Positions 26,498 to 40,460 of a stretch of 64,000 nt of DNA are shown here, in pieces. The notes under the pieces are model-generated. The model saw only the letters and a list, made by a program, of their open reading frames with translations, was not told the DNA's origin and did no database searches. The stretch is from positions 85,562,001 to 85,626,000 of the forward strand of contig CM052817.1 in the NCBI GenBank assembly GCA_028534125.1, written 5' to 3'. Position numbers and translations under genes: made by a program. Origin of the DNA: Lama glama. Taxonomy: Eukaryota. Positions within the stretch are counted from its first letter, which is position 1; each line of letters opens with the position of its first letter.

Positions 26498-27160
26498 TTT
26501 TATTTTATACAGTTTTAAAGGTTACTTTCCACTTAACAGTTATTACAAATATTGGCTATATTCCCCATGTTGTACAATACATTCTTGAACCTATCTTATG
26601 TGCAAGTTTGTACCTCCCACTCCCCTACCCTTATGTTACACCACCCCACTGGTAACCACTACTTTGTTCTCTACATCTGTGAGTCTGCTTCTTTTTTGTT
26701 ACATTTACCAGTTTTTGTAGTTTTTAGATTTCACATATAAGCGATATTATACAGTATTTATCTTTCCCTGACTTATTTCACATAGCATAAAGCCTTCCAA
26801 GTCCATCCATGTCGCTGCAAATGGCAAAAATTTCATCCTTTTTATGGCTGAATAGTATTTCATTGTACATATATAACACATCTCCTTTATCCACTTATTT
26901 CTTGATGGACACAGGTTGCTTCCATATCTTGACAGTTGTAAATAATGCTTCTGTGAACACTGGAGTGCATGCTTCTTTTCTAATTAGTGTTTTGTGTGTG
27001 TGTGTGTGTGTTTTTTAATATATACCCAGGCGTGGAATTGCTGGGTCATATGGTAGTTCCAGTTTTAGTTTTTGTGAGAATCCTCCATACTGTTTTCCAC
27101 AGCGGCTGCATCAATTTATATTCCCACCAACAGTGTGAAAGGGTTCCCTTTTCTCCACAG
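26498..27160 (-). mobile_element. 5'-truncated L1 3' portion (laurasiatherian/cetartiodactyl type)
   Basis: ggtaaccactactttgttctctacatctgtgagtctg, gacttatttcacatagcat, ggaattgctgggtcatatggtagttc, cattttatattcccaccaacagtgt-like motif and agggttcccttttctccaca. Confidence 0.9.
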
Positions 27161-28276
27161 GTATTGCCATTTCTTTATAACTTTACAAGTCTTCTTTTGA
27201 AAACTATCCAAGTTGTAATTCAAGGACTATAGGCTAACCAAATGAAAAAAAAAAAGTGCTGCAGAATCACTTTCTTATTTACTACATTGTGTGAATCACA
27301 ATGGGAAGATTTTTTTTTAAGAGTGATCTAAATAATGGAGTTCTCTGATATATTTATCTCAGGACCAGTTAAGGGATTTAAAATCAGTGAAAAGATAAGA
27401 TTATTTAGATGTTCTGAATGCCTTATTTTAAAATAAGATGGCCTGTTTTGCTGGAACATTTTGTTAAGGTGTCTAATAGAAGTTTCTGTTGGCTTTTAAC
27501 AATTTTCCTGCACTATGGCAAGAATGAAAAATATTTTTTTAATTAAAAGAAAACATTGATGAAAATAATAAAAAGTGTAATAATAATTTTAACATGGATC
27601 AAGTGTTATTTAATTGCTTAGACATGTTCTAGGTACTCTTTAATAAGATTTTGTAAGTATTAAATTAAGCTTCAGAAAATGGTAGCAAAAACCCAATGAT
27701 TGTGTTACGTACATATGGCAAATACTTCCAGCGTTTGCTGTAAACTGTACCCTACAAGTGTGTGCATATATGTGTATATGTAAACAAACATAAATATATC
27801 GATACACATACATATGTATACACACACTCAACTTTTTTTTGAGAATTTGCAAATTCTGTCCTAGACCTATTTCTTCCAACCAGTTATTTCAGGGGTCAGA
27901 AAGACACATCTAATTTTAATACCTTAAACTGTTGTATAATTTTAAGCCTATGAATCAAAGTCCTATAATAAAATTACTAAAAAAAACACCCCAATAAGTT
28001 TATAACACTATGTCTTTCCCTCATTTTATTATTAATTTTCTGAATCTACAGACTGTTTTTTACTTCATTATTTTTTCCTACTCTAAATCCCTTTACTTGT
28101 TTCTTAGGAAGTATATAACAGCTTTGTGGAGTTCATATAGAAATAAAGAGAAGATTCTAGGGCTTTTGAACGAACTTAAAGTGGAAATGGTGAACTTTCA
28201 AATCAAGTCTTTTTAGCCCATATTTATCTTACTGAAGAAAAAAGCTTATTATTCCTATCAGCGCAATGCCACCAAA

Positions 28277-28298
28277 ACAACAACAACAACAACAACAA
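28277..28298. repeat. (AAC)n microsatellite
   Basis: Read directly. Confidence 0.9.
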
Positions 28299-30659
28299 AT
28301 AACTACACCGTCATCCTGCAAAGAGTTAATGATATGTGTTAATAACTCTTTCAATAACTACTATTTAACTCACCATGACATATCTTGAGCAACTATGAGT
28401 CTGTTTAGGAACCTGAAGAATTTTAAGATACACTTTAAATGACTGAAAACGTTTTTTTTTGTTTGTTTGTTTTTTCTTATAAGAATTATGTTTGTAGAGT
28501 AGTGGCTGATTAAACAAAACTTGTCATTGGCTTAGGTCTAGTACCGTACATTGTAGAGTGTAGGCTAAATACCTTAGAGAGAAAGAAATATCTAATAATC
28601 TTTCTTTAAAGAATTGGTGTTAATTCTCCCATTTCTTAACCCACCAAAACTCATCAGTCAAATAATGATACCAATATTTGTAGTTTACTAACTATGCTAA
28701 ATATTTTTTATTTATTATTTAACTTAACATTTATAATTGGATGATATAGGTAATTTTTATTATTACTGTCCATTTTAATAATTGGAAATGAAGAAAAAGG
28801 GTAATAAATAATTTTCTTCCAGTCATACAATAGACAAAATAGGAATTTAATCCAAATAAAGCTGAATACAAAACTTGAGCCATTGTTCAAATTTGTATCA
28901 CCTCCACGTCCGTATTGCTGTCCTGGGCTATCCCACTTTGAAGTGATCGTATTCTTTTAGGAAGATTGTAATTAAAGTTTCCATACATTTACTTGACAGT
29001 TAATACTTATGGTCTCATGTTGGCAGATGCCTTCAATGCATCTCATTAAATTAAAATAAATTACAAATTTCTCGAGGGTCTAAATTTCTCTCTACTAAAA
29101 CAAAAGGGATAGAAAGTGCTTTTTTTGTTTGTTTTTATTTGAGTCTAAAAAGGTTTGTTGATAGCATTTAAGAGGCTTATTATAGAATTCTCAAAAATTA
29201 AATTACTGTACAAGCTACATAATATAGAGAGATAAAACCTCATAGTAGTTGGTTGTCACTGACAACCTGTTGAGACAGAAAGCCTAACAGGTAGTCTCAA
29301 AAGCCCTGAATAGCACACAGTATCAAGCTATAGAAATACATTTCAGTGACATCCTGCAGTTTATGTATGATTTGTTTTGGATAGATGAAATCCTATTTAA
29401 CGACATCACAGCTCAGGTTATTACTTGTTAGAATCATGGCATTTTATAAGTTAACTTCCTAGTAGACCATGATTTTGGGTGGTATTAAAGACTTTGTCCG
29501 ATTTCAAGATTTACTGAAGTGATGAATCTGTAATTAGATTTTTCTAACCCCTGCTGTTACTAGCTGTTGACATAACAGTACCTCCTTTATGTTCAGCATA
29601 TAAAATTTAATTATTTCTTTAATACTTCAATTCTTCTTTAAATTTTTCATCTCTGGAAGTAACCAGAAATTCCATTTCATAAGGAATTCCTTTAAAATAA
29701 GCAGTTACTCTGCTGAGTCTTAGAGACTCTTTAAATGTTGTTTACTTGGTTACTTTCTGTATACTTGAGAAATTACTGAATAAATAATTCACTAACAGAT
29801 GTTGAAAATTAGAGGTGTATAAAGAAGAAAGATGATTAACTCTAAAGACAAGGGAGAAAAGTGAAAGGAAAAAGAATCCCACCACATCCTTAGATTAAAA
29901 AACAAAAGGAACTTATGTGTGCTTTGCAATTTACTTGGTAAGTGTTGGCAGGATAAATTTGTATCATCTACCTTATGTTGCTGATTAGAAACAATATCTG
30001 TTACAATCACATTCTCATTATTTGTGTCCAGCAAAATTCTCTCTCTAAGCTTTCCTATATAGAGCTCTTATGATGTCAACCTTTAATTTTGTTTTTTGGT
30101 CAGTTGTGATGGTTTACGCAGTCCCACAGAACTGTAGTTATTCTTACCCTCTCAGGAGTGATCACCCAGGATAGGAAGGAGTTTATGATCAGTCAGTCCT
30201 TTTTGGGAGGATATAGTTCATGACCAAACAAGTGGTTAGGTCAGGTCATGGCGGTAGCCTTCCTATCTGCTTCAGGAACACTGCAGCTTTTATTTCAGGC
30301 AATTACTTACTCATTTATTCATTACTTCATTCAAAATTTATCCAATGTGTACTGGAGACAGTACAGAATGATATAAAGTGCTTATTCTTTAGAATTCAAG
30401 CTTGACTAAAATCCTCTCTACTTCTAACCCACTGATTTTATAAAAGCCACATAAATGCTCTTACCTGCTCTTACCTAAGTTTCTTATTCTGTAGAAATGA
30501 GAATAAAATGATCTAGACCAACCTCATATGAGAGAAACTACATGAATAAATGTGAAATATTTACACTGATGCATACCAATGATATGGTCACTTCTAAAAT
30601 GTTGGAGCAGCAAATTGTTGCTTTACGGTTTTTTTTTTTCATGCCAAAAAATTATTGAC

Positions 30660-31127
30660 TTAGTTGTTGACTGCTTCTTGATTTTCTCTTAGAGAATCAT
30701 ATCTTCCTCTTTCTCAGGCCACATACTTTGGGTGAGGTCTCAACTCCAGTGTAGAACATACGTCCCTAAGGCTGGCCAATCAGCACTCCAGATTCCCATT
30801 TGTTGTGATGACTAATTCCAGAATGGACACATGACCCATTGTTCTCTAAACAATGCATTCCAGGTCTTGTGAGGAAATTTTCAGGAGCAGCAGCTGGCTT
30901 ATTGATCCATGAGGAGGACCCTTATCCAAATCTGCCCTGTCTGTAACTGGAGTGGAGGTGGAGTGGAGAGGCCCAAAGAAGGAAAATTACTAAGCCCTCA
31001 TGTCCCTGTCATTTCCACATTTTTATGAAATGGCTTCAGTGGAAGATATTTTAATCTTTTTCTTTAAAACATTTTCAATCAATTTTTTTATTAACCATTG
31101 TTATCAAAGGAATCCTAAATGATACAG
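30660..31127 (+). mobile_element. MLT1K/L-like MaLR LTR
   Basis: aggctggccaatcagcac...gatgactaattccagaatggacacatgaccca...aaggaatcctaaatgataca. Confidence 0.55.
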
Positions 31128-31167
31128 AAAAAAACCTGTAGTTCTGGAATATTTAGATTCCTCCACA

Positions 31168-31250
31168 GTTTTTTACACCTTAAGATTTTTAGAGCAGTTC
31201 TAGGTTCATAGCATAATTGAGAGGAAGGTACAGAGATTTCCCACATATTT
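31168..31250 (-). mobile_element. L1MC-like 3' terminal fragment
   Basis: tttttagagcagttctaggttcatagcataattgagaggaaggtacagagatttccca. Confidence 0.75.
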
Positions 31251-34200
31251 TTTAAACAGTAAGATGTTTATACATTGTTTTATATATATATATAATATAT
31301 ATATAATTACTATATCTTAATAAATATTTTTACATTGCTCAATTCTCACTGTGCACACCATATTTACATACTAGATATGAGATACTATCCTAGATGATGG
31401 AATCAAATGGGATTTCCTTACCTTTGTAAGTTTATATTTGTAATTTTTGCCATATACTCATACATACTTATCACATTTTTTAGTAATTCCTCCAACAATA
31501 TTTTTGAAATTTGATACATTCCTCCACCAATTTACCAAATACCTCTTTCCCATCAATAATTTTCAGTAATCGAGAAAAGTTACTTGTCATTGTAGGGTTT
31601 TATATTTAGAACTCTAAACTTTACAACTGTCCTGTTCAGTATATACACTGTTGATTTTCTCCTATGGAAAGCAGAGAGAACTCAGCCCTTTGTCCTACTG
31701 ATGAATTATCAGTGGTCAAAGCCAATAAAAAACGGGGGACTTTATCTCGATTTACCTAGCTCACTTAAAAAAGAGAGAGAAGAAAAACGTCACTTGTATC
31801 CGTCACAATCAAACAAGCATGTTTCCCTTCTTAGTAGTTCTCTTGAATAGCTTCTATCATGTCCCTGATTATAGGTGACAGCCTGGCAACAGTAGGACAT
31901 TTCTATGGAAACTTTATCTTTATTTCTGAATACTGAAATTAAGCTACCTTGCTGTTGACTTCCTGAGCCATGTGTATGCAACAATAACACTATTTTTTGC
32001 CACATTCATAGGACATAATTCTTTATAGAGCTATGTATTGTGCTGTTTTGCTTGCTGTTAATATTATTTTCAAATTATTTGGGTGTTGGTGAATAAGATA
32101 TAAACTGTGCTCACACTTTCACTGAACTTTTCTCCCAGTCCTGAAATGTTAATGTGCTTCTACGTTTTATTTCAAAAATTATTGTTCCTGTGTAAGATTA
32201 CAGTTTGAGTAGAATTGCTTCAACTGTAAGATTCATGACATGTTGCATTGTGTTATATTTAATAAAATAGTTTTTATGAGTTATTAAAATACAAATATAT
32301 TAAAATGATAGTTATTTGTTTGAAATTTCTATTTGTAATCCCTTCAGATTATTCTGTTATAAAATATAACTTTTTAGAGGATTTTATAGGTTTTTAACTT
32401 GTCTCTGTTTGTTAATGTTGTCAGGCTTTATTCTTCCTGGCACCAGATTTTGGGGCTTGTCACCACATCTGCCAATATAAAACAGGACCTAAATAATTGT
32501 TACCTGCCCAAGGTCATACAACTTGTGTAACTGGAATTCTTAACAGGAAATGACTTGTGAGCTCTAATCTTAATGGAACTGCCTACTTTGTAGACTATTC
32601 TGCCTTTCAAGCCGTTCAGTGGATTAGCCTGCCTGGCCATTGAAAATGGCTATTCCCACTAGATTTCTGGTCACTCGTAGGCACTAAAATATCCACTTAG
32701 TAACTATAAAATCTAGTCATATGCAATATTCAAAATTTAGAACTTGATTTAAAATTGAGACCTAACTCTTAGCTGGGGCATGGACCTGTTGCAAACTGAT
32801 TCTGCTTTCATCTTCCACTCAGTGTTTCAACTTCTCTCCCAGCATGTAGATTCGGAGTTCTTATGTTTTCACAGTTGGAGCAAGAAGAGAAGGCTGATGC
32901 GTAACAATGTTCTTTCTTGCCTGGTTATTTCTAGAGCTGGTGTCTTACTATCTGAATTAAGCAAAAGTTTAACCTTACTCCTTCATTCAGGATTCACTGT
33001 CATAGAGATTTAAGGAACCTCCTCTTCCTCCTCCCCTCATTAGCTAGTTCTCATCTGCTGAACTCTAGAGGTGAATGTCACAGTATCTTTTGATTGTTCT
33101 TACTCAGTCCTGAGAAACATGCCTCTTGCACATGGCAGATGCATAACTTCTACCCAGTCCACCAAGAACATTTATGCACTCATTTTCCCACAAGGAACTA
33201 GGGGTATACACCCTAAATATCAGCCTTCTATTCTGAAGTCCCCTTGCTGGTACTTTCAACTTCTCTCCTCTTTAGATACCATAGATGTGGCTCACATCTT
33301 AACCCCTTAGCGCCTACAAATTTCAATGGACACATTAAACTCTTCAAATTATTTTCAAATCACCTCTCTGACTTAAAATAAAAAGCCTTCTTCCTTGGGA
33401 TAGGTGATGAGAAGTCAAGAAACTCCCTGCATTTTTTCTCTAAGTAAAAGATTCTTCTAATATCAAATGCCTCATTCTTTTGTTCCCTCAGTATATGTGC
33501 AGTTTTTAAGAATCTCAAAACTGGTTTTATTCATAACCTTTTGTGTAAATCCTACTAAGTGGTAGATTTTAATAGCCTGGTACACAGAGCAAGTAAATGA
33601 CAAGTGACACGCATACAGATCATCAGTACTGGAATCTCCAATTATATATTTGTAATAGTCTTTGCCCCAAAGCACTAAGACTATATCAAAATTACACTAA
33701 AGTAATGCTAGAAGAATTTGTATAATCTTATATTTTTTTCAGTGTGGCTCTCAGCCTACCAAACAGTCTAAAGGACGAAGGAAAATTCTGAAAGTATCAC
33801 TTTTGCCATCTTTTCCTTAGTTATACATCTTAATGCATAGGAACAAAATGAAGCTCCGCATTTCATATTTATGGAAGGTTAATTTTAGGAAACTATATTT
33901 CTTGTTATTATTTCAACAAGTAACAAGTATATAGTCATTATTGGAAACATTCATGCTGTGTTAGATATTATTTAGATGAAACTATTGTATATTTTTAGGT
34001 CCTGACCTAGAAGAAGTTACAGTTTAGCTGAACACCTATCCTTTTGTTGGACTGTGCACAGAGTAAAATAGATTTTGGCAAACTATTGATGAGAATAAAG
34101 TTAAAGCAACAAAATAATGTTCAGTATATACTAGATGCAGCTGACTTTTCTGCTTATAAAACTATGATCATTTGATTTGAAGTCTTGAACTTTTTGTCGG

Positions 34201-35348
34201 TCTTTAAGAAGACTTGATAGAGACAACTTTCATATACAGTATATATCTAACACCTGAGCAATTAGAACCATCATCACCTAATCGGACTCTCTTTTCCTTT
34301 GTGCCCATTCTATATCTATATTTAGTCAGAGAGAAGGGATAAAATACTATGATAAATATGTACTATTAAAGGGATAGACACCACAGGACAGAAAGACGTA
34401 TGGCAATATGAATGAGGAAGGAGACTGTGACAAAAGAAATAAATGACACATGTAGCTTAGACACCTGAGTAGGGACAGTTTCGATGAAGATGAAAGACAG
34501 GAAAATTAAAACCAGAGGAGAAAGAAAAAAAAGATTACTGGAAAATGATATAAACCTCCCAGGCATGGTTTCAAAAGCTCACTGAGATAAGAAAAGCCTT
34601 TAAAAGGATAGATCATTAATCACTGGTATTTCAATTAGCTAATATTGACTGGGATGGCAATTATGGCATTGATAAGAAAGGGCTTCTTTTCCTGGAGGTA
34701 ACACAGTCTGTTTCATGACATATTCTTTCAACAATCCGCCAGATCCTAGGCTATTACACACTTAGCCTTAATGTGGCTGGGAAATGAGACAAGGATGAAA
34801 AATAAGCTAGTGGTATAGAGTCATCTAAAGTCTAGTGATCACAATGTCATCAGAATGTCAATGCCCTTGAGGTTATGTGTGAAGGTAACAGAACAAAAAC
34901 ACTGGGCTTGAGTAAATAAATGCAACAGCCAGTAGGAAATGTGAAATAAGCCTTTCAAAGTTGGTTAAAATAAATTTCAGTAAATTTATGAAAATACAAG
35001 TTTTTTAACAGCAAACAGTAGATTACTTTTCTTACTGTAGAAAGTCTTTTTCTTTCCCTGAAAGTAAATATAATTGTTGTATTTCTCAGTATTTTCCCCT
35101 TGTTTTGGGAGAGGTGTGCAGCCCCAAAACTTCCTCTTAAGGGGTCAGCCTATCAAAATAAGTCTGTTCCTGCCTCCAGCTGGTTGATATGTGTACATAG
35201 CTTTAAAGGTGGCTCTTTACATATTGCCTAAAAGTACAAGACTGTCATGGCACATGTGATTAATACAAACAGGGGAGGCATATTGAGGAAAGAGACAGAC
35301 CATAGCATACTGATGCTTTGCAATTTGCAAAAGCAAAAAGGTTCCAAA

Positions 35349-35763
35349 TTATGCAAATTTTATTTCTTTATTTATTTTAAAATGTTATTGAAGTATAGTT
35401 GATTTACAGTGTTTCAAGTGTACAGGAAAGTGATTTATTTCTTTTTTAGATTTTTTTCCATCATAGGTTATTACAAGATAGTGAATATAGTTCCCTGTGC
35501 TATACAGTAGGTCCTTGTTGTTTATCTATTTTATATATAGTAGTGTGTATCTGTTAATCCCAAATTCCCAATTTATCCTCCCCACTCCCTTTGATAACTG
35601 TGAGTTTGAACCTAGAGATTATCATAATAGGAGGAGTAAGTCAGACAGAAAAATATCATATAGTATCACTTATATGTGGAATCTAAAAAAAAAAGATACA
35701 AATAAACTTATTTACAAAACAAAAATAGACTCATAGACATAGAAAACAACTTATGCTAATTTT
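35349..35763 (-). mobile_element. Short L1 with 5' inversion (twin priming) and 13-bp TSD
   Basis: Antisense 3'UTR ~35362-35607 then sense UTR ~35608-35750; TSD ttatgcaaatttt (35349-35361) / ttatgctaatttt (35751-35763), followed by aa. Confidence 0.9.
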
Positions 35764-36184
35764 AAAGGAAAAAATAAAAATACCAAATGAAACATAGATG
35801 TTAAGCTGTGAATATGACGTTTTTCAACCATAACTTCTGAGGAATGAACTACAAAAATAGAAATTCAGAATTTATATTTAAATGTCTGAAATTGGAGAAA
35901 ATAAAAAGACTGTGTGCCGAATAATTGCATTCTAAGTTCAAAAAGCAATATATGTTGCAAAAGTATTCATTCAACATTTTAAAATTTAATCTGTTATACA
36001 CTTGTATACTTTAGGCTTTCTTGTGGAATAATGCTTCATTAAGCACATAACATATAATTAATCAATTTTTGCATGAACTTTACATAATTGATTCATTAAA
36101 TTTATGTATTTATAAGCCAGAGCTCCAACAGGAAAGAAAGTTACACTCAAGTTATTATTTTTTTTTATAAAGAGGTATATTCTA

Positions 36185-36575
36185 AAGTGTGTTGGTGTAA
36201 GGAAACTACAAAGACCAGAGAGCTAGCAGCATAGTGGAGTGATCACCAGCTCTGTAGTCTAAGGGACCAAGAAAAGGAGAGATTACTAGGATCTCAAAGG
36301 AGAGTCATGTAGAGGTCACTGCCTGGGAGAAAGAAGTGACCTTTTGTGGAGAGTAGGTCAGTAGGTTACCCTTCAAGGAGGAAACTGGGAAAATAAATAC
36401 CCTAATCTCTCTTTTAATTCAGATCATCTGCTTGTTTCCCAACAATATAACCTATCAGAAAGCTAGAAGGCACAGGACCCCTGTCATTTCTACAGGTCAT
36501 GTTCCTATGGCATAGAGAGGGATGGAACAGAGCAGATAGGAATCTGGAAAAGCAAATGACAGGTGTCCAGCCCAA
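36185..36575 (-). mobile_element. LTR33-like (ERVL) solo LTR
   Basis: aacctatcagaaagctagaaggcacaggaccc...ggtcatgttcc...ggcatagagagggatgga...aatctggaaaagcaaatgacaggtgtccagc. Confidence 0.6.
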
Positions 36576-38476
36576 TGTACAAAATAGTACACATGAAGAC
36601 GTACGTAGGCATAAATTCCTATGCCTTATCTTTATTGAGAAAACTGGGAAATTTGAGTAATGATTGTTTTATACTTTTTTGGCTCAAAACTGCATCCATT
36701 TAACACACATACTTACTTACATATATCATATGACAAATTATATTTTCAGAAAATAGAGGAGAATGAAGAAAAATGTATCAAATTTCTGTTTTCTTCCAGG
36801 GACTGTAGCAAGACATAGAACCTAGTAATTAAAGAAAATAGTACAAAACCAAACTGGATTTAAATCTTTCAGTTACCAAATGTGAATTTTGTACAAATTA
36901 ACTATAAACCAAGTTATAAATTTTATTTCAAAGAGTTGTTAGGAGGAGCTAATGAGAAAGTATAAAATATTTATTCCTCATTTCTTCATTGCTTATCTCA
37001 GGACTATTCATACTACCTTAGCAAGGGGAAGACTTCCCCTATGTAGGAGCAAGTGAGAATTTCGCTTTTGGGGAACACTGAATGCCCCCATGCTACTTCC
37101 AGTCTTTATCTTGAATCCTTCTTTCATTGTGTACCAACTTGGTTCACCATTGCAACAAGCCGTGAGGAAAGATATTTGGCCCCGAAATTGATGGGTGTCT
37201 GAACCTAGAATGTGTAATATAGAAATCAGTTCCCTCATTTCGGGTCTTAGTTGCAGTTTTTCATAGAAGATGAAACCTCTCACTGGGATTGTATGGTTAT
37301 CTTGTACATTAGCTATCACAGCCATAAAAGCAAGTGTATGTTATCCCAGGTACTCATGAAGGGCTAGAAAAGTTCCCAGGGTCACACAGCTGGGAAGTCA
37401 AGTTTGCCTGACCAGAATACCTGGACCTCTATTTTATCATGCTATCAGATTAAAAAATAATGACATAAATAAAAAGAAAATTAAAAAGAAAAACTGGAAA
37501 ACTAAAAAGAAAACTGTATGTCAATGAAATATTCTTTCTAACATAAACTTGAATTTTAATATAATCAAATCATTTTATTTTAAAATACTCATCAACATAG
37601 AATATAGAATGTTACGTATAATATTAAAGAAAATGTGTCAACTAAATGACATTTTTTTCAATTTTAATCAAAAGATACAAATAACCAAACTAATATTGCT
37701 ACACTAATACTTGAATTATTAATGCTCATAGCATTAGTCTTCAAATCAAGAGTTTCAGTTGGTTCTTATATATTTATTTATTGATTTATTTTACTACTAA
37801 TGAGAGCATTTGATAAAGGATGATTACTTATTCTGGCCTGGGCCTATGTCGAGTGGTGTATATGGTCAACCTTTCCTTTAACACACAGCAATAATGAAGG
37901 TTAGATATAATGCTTCTTATTGTACAGACAATGAAAACCAAATCATGAATGGACTCAGTACCTGCTCCAGGTAACCTAGCTAGAAAGAAGCAAAATCAAC
38001 CCCTAAATACTGGTTTTCAGACTTTCCAGCTCTTGCATCCTCCCAACCCCCAGCATGATGCATCATCATTTTCTTCTCTTGGTTCTGTCATTGGTGCTTT
38101 AACTGTTCAGTTTTTGTGTGTGTGTCTATGTGTTTTTTTAATTGATGTGTGTGTGTGTGTAAGGTTTATTGGTCAATTTCCCTCAGGCTGACTGTCTCCC
38201 TTATCTTAGGCAATACTGCCAAGGAACGTCTCCTTAATTGCCTAGTATTCCCTTGAAGTTGGCCTTTTAAAGACCGCTGAACCTTCTGGATACTGTTGCA
38301 GAGCAGGCAGAGGTGGTGACCATGGGCACCTTCTCTATCACTCTCCTCCCTCGACTTTCATCACTCTCTCGTTATTTTTTAATAGAACTAGTTACTATTA
38401 AATCTCTGATTCATTTTGGGTCACATTACTTTTTGTTATACTTGAAATGTCTTTGTCTTCTTTTCTTAATTTACTC

Positions 38477-39639
38477 TGTTGGGGAGGAAGTAATTTTCCT
38501 CGGCCCTTCTAGGTCCTTCAGACTGGTCTAAGAATTAAACTGACATGTGACAGATTAACCAGAGAAAATCAAATAAAAGTTTAATAACATGTATACAAAG
38601 GAGAGACCCCAGAAAACTAACTCTCCAAAATAGCCAAGTCCTTCATTTAATACTACCTTCAGCTAAAGACAAATGAGGGTATTGGGGGTAGTGATTTTGC
38701 TAGAGTAGGCAGATATCTGGATATGAGCAGAGAAAGAGGGGAATGGGCCAAATGGCAGGAAACCATAAATCTTGTGAACAGCAGGGGTCCTTGGGCAGAT
38801 AGAGAAAAGCAGGAACCTCCAGATCAATAAGAATTAACATATTTTGGGGTGACAAGTGTCCTGGAGGCAAAGAAAGGTAGGAAGAGACAAGAATCTCTGG
38901 TGTCTGAATATAACCTTTTGCTCATTATGCTCTCATGACAATAAAATTAACCTTGCAGACTAGAAGAACCCATCATGCACCAATGCCATGACACTTCCAA
39001 TCAAGACTAAATAAGGACAAAAATCCCTCCTCCCCTCGGCGAGCTGGGGCTGGGGTAGAAATTAGGGAATATAATCCCAAACCCCTCCCTCTCCAATGAA
39101 TATTCTGCCTATTTATTTTTACACCCTATGTAACCAGCTTGCCAAGGAAAGTCAGGGCAGCTGTGCACCTGAGCCTGCCTACTCCCCCCTTGAGAGCGTC
39201 TATCACTAAATCTCACTTTATTTTCTTGACCTCCGTTTCTCACCTCTGAATTCTTTCTGCGAGGGGATGAGAACCTAATATCTGCGTCATTTTAGGACTA
39301 CAAAATGGAGGGAGGCAATTCACATGGAGATGAACTATCAAAAAATGTCCGTTGAATACATGTTTGCTGGGCCATGCAGAGACAATGGGACAGAGAGAGG
39401 ACTCTGATCTCTAGGCCCTGACGAGTTTCCCCCACCACACCTAGTCTTTATCTTTTGCAGATATCTCTGGTGAGAGCTCTGTTCCAGAAACAGGGTTTCT
39501 ATCTAAATGATTTCAGTCAGTTAAAGGGGAAGTAACAAGGACAATGTCCTGTGTCTTCTGTTTTTCACAAAGAATCAGTGTAAATTATTCCTCATGCCAA
39601 AGAGACACATTTGGGGGTGGCAATTTTTTCTCCCCTACA
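38477..39639 (-). mobile_element. ERV1-type LTR (MER41/LTR39-like) interrupted by a second LTR
   Basis: tgttggggagg...gacagattaac start and catgccaaagagacacatttgggggtggcaatttt...cccctaca end. Confidence 0.75.
38698..39289 (+). mobile_element. MER50-like ERV1 solo LTR nested in the previous LTR
   Basis: TG...CA termini (tgctagagtaggcagata ... tctgcgtca); U5-like ctctgaattctttctgcgaggggatgagaacc; T-rich 4-bp flanks (attt/tttt). Confidence 0.75.
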
Positions 39640-39810
39640 GTGAGAACCATCACACTTTCTTGTCTTGTCTCTTCAAATCTTTGTAATAAATGTTTTTTCC
39701 ATCTATTCTGTTAAAATAACATTAATATTTTTTGTATTATCAGACAGTTGTATAGATAATAGCAATAAACATACCTAGGACTGACTAATTCATAAAACCT
39801 AATACTATAT

Positions 39811-40460
39811 TGATGCAGGAAAAATGGATGTGGGCATGAGGAAATCCATGTTCCAGGCTTCGTTTGAACCACTGGGACGTGCCCTGCCAAGTGTGGATCC
39901 TTAGCTTTGCACAGGAAAGAATTCAAGAGCAAGCCACAGTTGAATAAAGGTAGATTTATTTAGAGAGATACATTGAAAGGCAAGGGAAAGGCTATGAGGT
40001 GTGGGGGTTGGGTGCTCAGATTAGAGTGAAAGTAGGTACACACTCCATACACAGAGTGTGGGGCTGTCTCTGAACGGAGGGGGAGAGAGAAAGAGAGAGA
40101 GAGAGAGAGACGTGAGGGGCAGTGTTGCCCATTTTTATGGGCTTGGTGGCTTCACATGCAAATAAGTGGAAGGACCAGTCTAACTAGCCTGGGGAAGGGG
40201 CTGGGATTCCCAGGAAGTTGGCCATTTCTACTCTTTCATCTTTTGTGGCTAGCCTTGGGGCTGCTGTGGCGCCTGTAGGCATGTTATTCACCACGTTAAT
40301 ATATTACAATAAGCATATAATGTAGCTCAAGGTCTACTAGAAGTTAAATCTCCCATCATCTTGAGCCTCAAGGCCTACTGAGGGCTGAATCTTCCACAAT
40401 TTTGATGTTAATTGCTGTGGCATTCCTTGAATGGCTGTGCCCTGCCCCCTTTCTGTCTCA
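39811..40460 (-). mobile_element. Intact 650-bp ERV1-type solo LTR with perfect 4-bp TSD
   Basis: TG..CA termini; atat at 39807-39810 and 40461-40464; antisense poly(A) signal tttatt at 39955-39960; caggaaagaattcaagagc motif. Confidence 0.9.

Noticed and set aside
37025..37039. ggggaag-a-cttcccc palindrome (NF-kB-like)
   Set aside because: Spacing does not fit the 10-11-bp kB consensus and 7-bp arms are expected by chance
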